From Acidovorax sp. (GTDB taxonomy: Bacteria; Pseudomonadota; Gammaproteobacteria; Burkholderiales; Burkholderiaceae_C), in the NCBI RefSeq assembly GCF_046341535.1, contig NZ_JBKDRI010000159.1:4745-68744 (forward strand): a stretch of DNA of 64,000 nucleotides, in the 5' to 3' direction. Under the pieces are notes generated by a model, which was given only the letters and a program-made list of their open reading frames with translations, had not been told where the DNA came from and searched no databases. Shown piece by piece: positions 59,591-64,000 of this stretch (positions are counted from its first letter, which is position 1; the number at the start of each line of letters is the position of its first letter). The position numbers were made by a program, and so were the translations under genes.

Positions 59591-60856
59591 GTGCCCCACA
59601 CCACGTCCGATTCGTCCCGCCCCGCGCCTGTGTCTGCGCCGGATCCGGGCCTGCAGCGCCGCGAGCTCTGGCTGCTGATCACGCTCGCTGGCGTGCAGTT
59701 CACGCACATCCTTGATTTCATGATCATGATGCCGCTGGGGCCGCAGTTCACCCGGCTGTTTGGCATCAGCGACGCGCAGTTTGGCTTGCTGGTGTCGGCC
59801 TACACGCTGGCCGCGGGCGCCTCGGGCCTGCTGGCGTCCACCTACATCGACCGCTTTGGCCGCAAGCGGCTGCTGCTGGTGCTTTACTCGCTGTTCGGTC
59901 TGGCCACACTGGCCTGCGGGCTCGCCCCGACGTACGGCTCGCTGATGGTCGCGCGCGTGCTGGCCGGTTTCTTTGGCGGGGTGTTGTCGGCCATGTCGCA
60001 GACCATCGTGGCCGACGTGGTGCCGTTTGAACGGCGGGGCCAGGCCATGGGGATCGTGATGACGTCGTTTTCGTTGTCCACCGTGGCCGGGGTGCCGTTG
60101 GGGCTGCTGCTGGCCCAGTGGGGCAGTTGGCACACACCGTTTTTTGCCATTGCCGCCATGGTCGGCATCCTGGCCGTGGTGGCGGCGCGCACCATGCCCA
60201 CGCTGTCGGCGCATGTGCATGCGGCCTCGGGCCGCTCCGCCATCCAGGGCATCCTGCAGGTGCTGGCCGATGCCAACCATCGCTGGGCGTTTGTGTTCAC
60301 CGCGCTGCTGATGTTCACCGGGTTTACGGTGATTCCGTACATCACCATTTACTTGCAGACCAATGCAGGGGTGCGCGCCGAGCAGATCCCGCTGGTCTAT
60401 CTGTGCGGCGGCGTGACGACGCTCTTCACGGCACGCCTGTTCGGACGCCTGACCGACCGCTACGGCAAGGTCCAGACCTTCAGAGCGCTGGCGCTGGGTG
60501 CAGCGCCCTGCCTGCTGGGGATCACCCTGGTGGCAGGCCATCCGCTGTGGGTGGTCCTGATCGTCTCCACGCTGATGTTTGCGATCGTCAGCGGACGCAT
60601 GATTCCGGGCATGTCCATCGTTGCATCGGCCGCCCAGCCGCAACTGCGCGGCACATTCATGACGCTCAATGCGTCGGTGCAGTCAGCCTCGATGGGCGTG
60701 GCCTCGGTGGTGGGTGGCCTGGTCATCAGCCGCGATGCACAGGGGCTGATGCAGGGCTACTGGATGTGCGCCGTGTTGGGCATTGCGGGGAGCCTGTTGT
60801 CGATGCTTGCCGTCGCACAACTGCACATGCACGGGGGCCCGGCCAGGCCGCGCTAG
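59591..60856 (+). CDS. MFS transporter
   Basis: DFMIMMPLG; motif A DRFGRKR; about 12 TM; start uncertain. Confidence 0.9.
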   Translation: MPHTTSDSSRPAPVSAPDPGLQRRELWLLITLAGVQFTHILDFMIMMPLGPQFTRLFGISDAQFGLLVSAYTLAAGASGLLASTYIDRFGRKRLLLVLYSLFGLATLACGLAPTYGSLMVARVLAGFFGGVLSAMSQTIVADVVPFERRGQAMGIVMTSFSLSTVAGVPLGLLLAQWGSWHTPFFAIAAMVGILAVVAARTMPTLSAHVHAASGRSAIQGILQVLADANHRWAFVFTALLMFTGFTVIPYITIYLQTNAGVRAEQIPLVYLCGGVTTLFTARLFGRLTDRYGKVQTFRALALGAAPCLLGITLVAGHPLWVVLIVSTLMFAIVSGRMIPGMSIVASAAQPQLRGTFMTLNASVQSASMGVASVVGGLVISRDAQGLMQGYWMCAVLGIAGSLLSMLAVAQLHMHGGPARPR

Positions 60857-61042
60857 AGCCCGTCGGACTTGGAGCGTCGAAAGCGAGAATCGGCCCCAGC
60901 GAGGACAGGTTTTGCCTAATTTGCAGCCCCATAGCCGAGCTATGGGGCAAAAAGGCGGTGCTGTCGAAGAGCGGCGAAGGCAAAAAATGGACCGCTGCGG
61001 TCGATTTGCAGCCGACGACTTCCAAGTCCGACAGGCTCCTAG
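60853..61042 (+). mobile_element. MITE family C, copy 3 (190 bp; longer internal segment, decayed left end)
   Basis: Same body as copy 1 with 22 extra nt; left end CTAGAGCCCGTC...; the flanking TAG is the MFS stop codon. Confidence 0.85.
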
Positions 61043-61150
61043 GCGCGAAGTCGGCACAAGCCGCGGTCCTCGGTCGCTTTCGGGATTGCGCTCGCTCGGG
61101 TGCTACCGCACCCCGACCGGCATAACCCAGCAATAAGTGACGGTTTGGGA

Positions 61151-61179
61151 TTGCTTTTCGCCGGTGGCGGGGGCATAGT
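61151..61179 (+). promoter_or_regulatory. Putative sigma70 promoter for hpf
   Basis: TTGCTT-N17-CATAGT. Confidence 0.4.
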
Positions 61180-61282
61180 GAAGCCAAGCCAGCAGTTTGT
61201 TGAAAAAGTTAAGAGATTTCCCCGGGCCATTCCTCGACCAAAGGATGGCTTTTTTCCACCGAGAGCCAAAGGAGACCACTTT

Positions 61283-61618
61283 ATGAATTTGACGATCAGC
61301 GGGCATCACCTCGAAGTCACTCCAGCCTTGCGCAGCTATGTCAAGACCAAGCTGGAAAGAGTCACCCGGCATTTCGACCAGCTGGTGGATATCAAGGTTC
61401 TGCTCACGGTGGAAAAGCAAAAGGAAAAAGAAAAGCGACAGCGGGCGGAGTGCAACATCCACGTCAAGGGCAGCGACCTGTTTGCAGAAAGTTCCCATTC
61501 AGATCTTTACGCCGCAGTGGACGAGCTGATCGACAAGATGGATCGCCAGGTCGTGCGCCACAAGGATCGTTTGCAAGACCACCATCACGAAGCAGCCAAG
61601 CGCGACATGCACGTCTGA
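61283..61618 (+). CDS. hpf: Ribosome hibernation promoting factor
   Basis: [16 protein letters not shown] and DLYAAVD; AAAGGAG RBS. Confidence 0.95.
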   Translation: MNLTISGHHLEVTPALRSYVKTKLERVTRHFDQLVDIKVLLTVEKQKEKEKRQRAECNIHVKGSDLFAESSHSDLYAAVDELIDKMDRQVVRHKDRLQDHHHEAAKRDMHV

Positions 61619-61643
61619 TGCGCCGGCCCTGAGCCCGGCCCGC

Positions 61644-61670
61644 AACCGCCCTGACAGGCGGTTTTTTGTT
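61644..61670 (+). terminator. Intrinsic terminator after hpf
   Basis: AACCGCC-CTGACA-GGCGGTT followed by a T tract. Confidence 0.75.
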
Positions 61671-61728
61671 GCCTGATGTGCCGGCATCAGGGTTTTCGCC
61701 AACATGTGCATAATCGCGAATCCCGACC

Positions 61729-62196
61729 ATGAACCGACTTGCCTCCATCCTGCCTTCCGCTCAAGTGCTTGTGAGTGTGGACGCCACCAGCAAGAAGCGT
61801 GCTTTTGAAGAGGCCGGTTTGCTGTTCGAGAGCCAGCACGGCCTCTCGCGCGCACTCATCACTGACAGCCTTTTCGCACGCGAACGCCTGGGCTCCACCG
61901 GGCTGGGCCACGGCGTGGCCATTCCGCATGGCCGCATCAAGGGCCTCAAAGCCCCGATGGCCGCGGTGTTCCAGTTGGTCAATCCGATCGGCTTTGACGC
62001 GCCGGACGAGCTGCCCGTCGGCCTGCTGATCTTTTTGCTGGTGCCGGAGGCGGCCACGCAAAAGCACCTGGAAATCCTGTCAGAGATTGCCGAGCTGCTC
62101 AGCGATGCAACCCTGCGCGAGAAGCTCAAGGCCTGCGGAAATGCGGCCGAATTGCACGGCATGATTGCCGGCTGGCAGTCCACCCAGGCTGCCTGA
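61729..62196 (+). CDS. ptsN: PTS EIIA-Ntr
   Basis: RERLGSTGLGHGVAIPHGR. Confidence 0.95.
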   Translation: MNRLASILPSAQVLVSVDATSKKRAFEEAGLLFESQHGLSRALITDSLFARERLGSTGLGHGVAIPHGRIKGLKAPMAAVFQLVNPIGFDAPDELPVGLLIFLLVPEAATQKHLEILSEIAELLSDATLREKLKACGNAAELHGMIAGWQSTQAA

Positions 62197-62238
62197 CCGG
62201 CTTGAATCTGGTTCAACCCGCAGCCGCTGCCCCCAGCC

Positions 62239-63195
62239 GTGAAGCCCAATGTTGTCAGTGCCGATGTCCTCTTTGAGGAATTTCGCGGGCTACTGAAATG
62301 GGAGTGGGTGGCCGGCCTGGGCGCCTCCGAGCGGCGCTTCGATGAGGTCGCCGTGCGGTCGGCCCGCTCCGGCGCTGACCTGGTGGGTTACCTCAACTAC
62401 ATCCACCCGTATCGGGTCCAGATCCTCGGCGAGCGGGAAATCGCCTACCTGAGCAGCGCCTCATCCGAGGACTGCAAGCGCCGCGTCTCCCGCATCGTCA
62501 CGCTGGAGCCGCCGGTGCTGGTGCTGGCCGACGGCCAGGTGGCGCCCGATGAGCTGGTGTCGATGTGCGAGCGGGCGCAGATCCCGATGTTCGCCACGCA
62601 CGAGTCGTCGGCGTTTGTCATCGACGTGCTGCGCACCTACCTGTCCAAGCACTTCGCCGACCGCCTCACGGTGCATGGCGTGTTCATGGACATCCTGGGG
62701 CTGGGCGTGCTCATCACGGGCGAATCGGGCCTGGGCAAGAGCGAGCTGGGGCTGGAACTGATCTCGCGTGGCAATGGTCTGGTGGCCGACGATGCCGTGG
62801 ATCTGTACCGCATCAACCAGACCACCATCGAAGGCAGGTGCCCCGAACTGCTGCAAAACCTGCTGGAGGTGCGCGGCATTGGCCTGCTGGATATCCGGGC
62901 CATCTTCGGCGAGACAGCCGTGCGCCGCAAGATGCGCCTGAAGCTCATCGTGCATCTGGTTCGCAAAGAGACACTGGAGCGCGAATACGAGCGTCTGCCC
63001 TACGAGCCGCTCACGCAGGATGTGCTGGGCGTGCCGGTGCTCAAGGTGGTCATTCAGGTGGTGGCCGGCCGCAACATCGCTGTGCTGGTCGAGGCCGCCG
63101 TGCGCAACACCATCTTGCAACTGCGCGGTATTGATACCTATCAGGAATTTGTAGAGCGGCACCGCCGCGTCATGGATCGCGACACCGGCGGCTGA
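62239..63195 (+). CDS. hprK: HPr kinase/phosphorylase
   Basis: [29 protein letters not shown]. Confidence 0.95.
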   Translation: MKPNVVSADVLFEEFRGLLKWEWVAGLGASERRFDEVAVRSARSGADLVGYLNYIHPYRVQILGEREIAYLSSASSEDCKRRVSRIVTLEPPVLVLADGQVAPDELVSMCERAQIPMFATHESSAFVIDVLRTYLSKHFADRLTVHGVFMDILGLGVLITGESGLGKSELGLELISRGNGLVADDAVDLYRINQTTIEGRCPELLQNLLEVRGIGLLDIRAIFGETAVRRKMRLKLIVHLVRKETLEREYERLPYEPLTQDVLGVPVLKVVIQVVAGRNIAVLVEAAVRNTILQLRGIDTYQEFVERHRRVMDRDTGG

Positions 63196-63284
63196 GGTTT
63201 GCCCACCAGCGGGGGACCCGGTTGGCGAGCGACCCGGGGGCGCCCCTTCCTCAGGGGGAAGGCGCGCAGCGCCTCAGGGCGAGC

Positions 63285-63701
63285 CTATTTGCTTGCACAG
63301 CTTGCACACTGGCCGTACAGCGCCATGGTGTGGTCCTGCACCCGCCAGCCTTTTGCCGCAGCAACCTCCTGCTGGCGTTTTTCGATGTCAGCGTCGTAAA
63401 ACTCTTCCACCTTGCCACAAGATGTGCAGATGAAGTGGTCGTGGTGTTGCCCCTCGTCGAGCTCGTACACCGCCTTGCCGCTCTCGAAATTGCTGCGAAT
63501 CAAAATGCCCGCCTGCTCAAATTGCGTGAGCACCCGGTACACCGTGGCCAGCCCGATGTCCGAGCGATCTTCCAGCAGCACGCGAAACACATCCTCAGCC
63601 GTCATGTGCCGCTGAGCGCTTTTTTGGAAGAGCTCCATGATCTTCAGGCGCGGCAGGGTGGCCTTCAGGCCGGTGCTCTTGAGTTCGTCAATGTTGGTCA
63701 T
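63285..63701 (-). CDS. fur: Ferric uptake regulator
   Basis: [30 protein letters not shown]; divergent from bamE. Confidence 0.96.
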   Translation of the reverse strand: MTNIDELKSTGLKATLPRLKIMELFQKSAQRHMTAEDVFRVLLEDRSDIGLATVYRVLTQFEQAGILIRSNFESGKAVYELDEGQHHDHFICTSCGKVEEFYDADIEKRQQEVAAAKGWRVQDHTMALYGQCASCASK

Positions 63702-63865
63702 GGCATGCGCCTTCGGGGACTGCCCCGTTGCGAAGTCGTCGGGCCCGGTTCGCGCAGCGGCCCCCTGGCGTCCTGAGGACACTCTGCATCCTCGCGAGGG
63801 TGAGGCACAGCTGCGTTAGGGGCTGCCGCTACAATGGTTCGATCATATCCTCAGCCCTTTGACCC

Positions 63866-64000
63866 ATGTCCGTTCAAGCCCGTTGCAGCACCCGTGTGGC
63901 GCTGACCCTGATGATCTGCGCCAGCATGATCGCTCTGGCCGGATGCAGCAGCGTCCAGGGCGCCTCTGACCGCATTGCCGGCATCGTCAAGCCGTACAGG
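63866..64000 (+). CDS. bamE: Outer-membrane assembly lipoprotein BamE (5' part, cut by window edge)
   Basis: Lipobox LAGC followed by ...GIVKPYR; conserved fur-bamE divergent arrangement. Confidence 0.8.
   Translation, partial: MSVQARCSTRVALTLMICASMIALAGCSSVQGASDRIAGIVKPYR

Noticed and set aside
58478-60643. 721-aa ORF as an extended purC
   Set aside because: PurC homology starts at 59398; the upstream part is antisense to the MFS gene
46531-61042. Repeated palindromic sequence as a CRISPR array or integron attC sites
   Set aside because: Copies are 169-190 bp, dispersed and kb apart, with TIRs; no spacers, cas genes or integrase
61043-61140. Possible tRNA or riboswitch upstream of hpf
   Set aside because: No cloverleaf, TTCG/CCA features or recognisable aptamer core

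Overview
64-kb chromosomal window from a GC-rich betaproteobacterium; gene order and repeat style point to Comamonadaceae (Acidovorax-like), which is an inference. The backbone is: a cbb3 oxidase cluster (ccoI-S-N-O-Q-P-G-H) with fnr/hemN and FNR boxes; an HD-GYP plus PAS-GGDEF-EAL pair; 6S RNA-zapA; a cobalamin-riboswitch btuBFCD operon plus cobQ; an RND pump; rnhA-methyltransferase-gloB-mltD; recR-ybaB-dnaX-SRP RNA; tsaB-rimI-udg; dacB; secreted hydrolases; purK/E/C; cnoX; hpf-ptsN-hprK; fur-bamE. Two accessory blocks interrupt it. (i) About 23.1-28.95 kb: a Fur-family-regulated metal-uptake island (AztD-like lipoprotein, His-rich outer-membrane protein, ZnuA-like binding protein, permease, no ATPase, broken COG0523 GTPase), bordered by hairpin elements on one side and a transposase remnant on the other. 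(ii) About 42.3-46.5 kb: an ECF sigma/anti-sigma/periplasmic-sensor module between two secreted serine hydrolases. The most unusual signals are non-coding. A gaplessly alignable ~57-bp bipartite element occurs four times, twice inside housekeeping CDSs (purK, cnoX). Three families of TA-flanked hairpin MITE-like elements all sit at CTAG sites, two of them stacked as C-TA-[A]-TA-[B]-TA-G. An A9 tract in dnaX has nearby stops in both shifted frames. No CRISPR array, tRNA or rRNA was seen. All calls are from reading the sequence; no database search was run.
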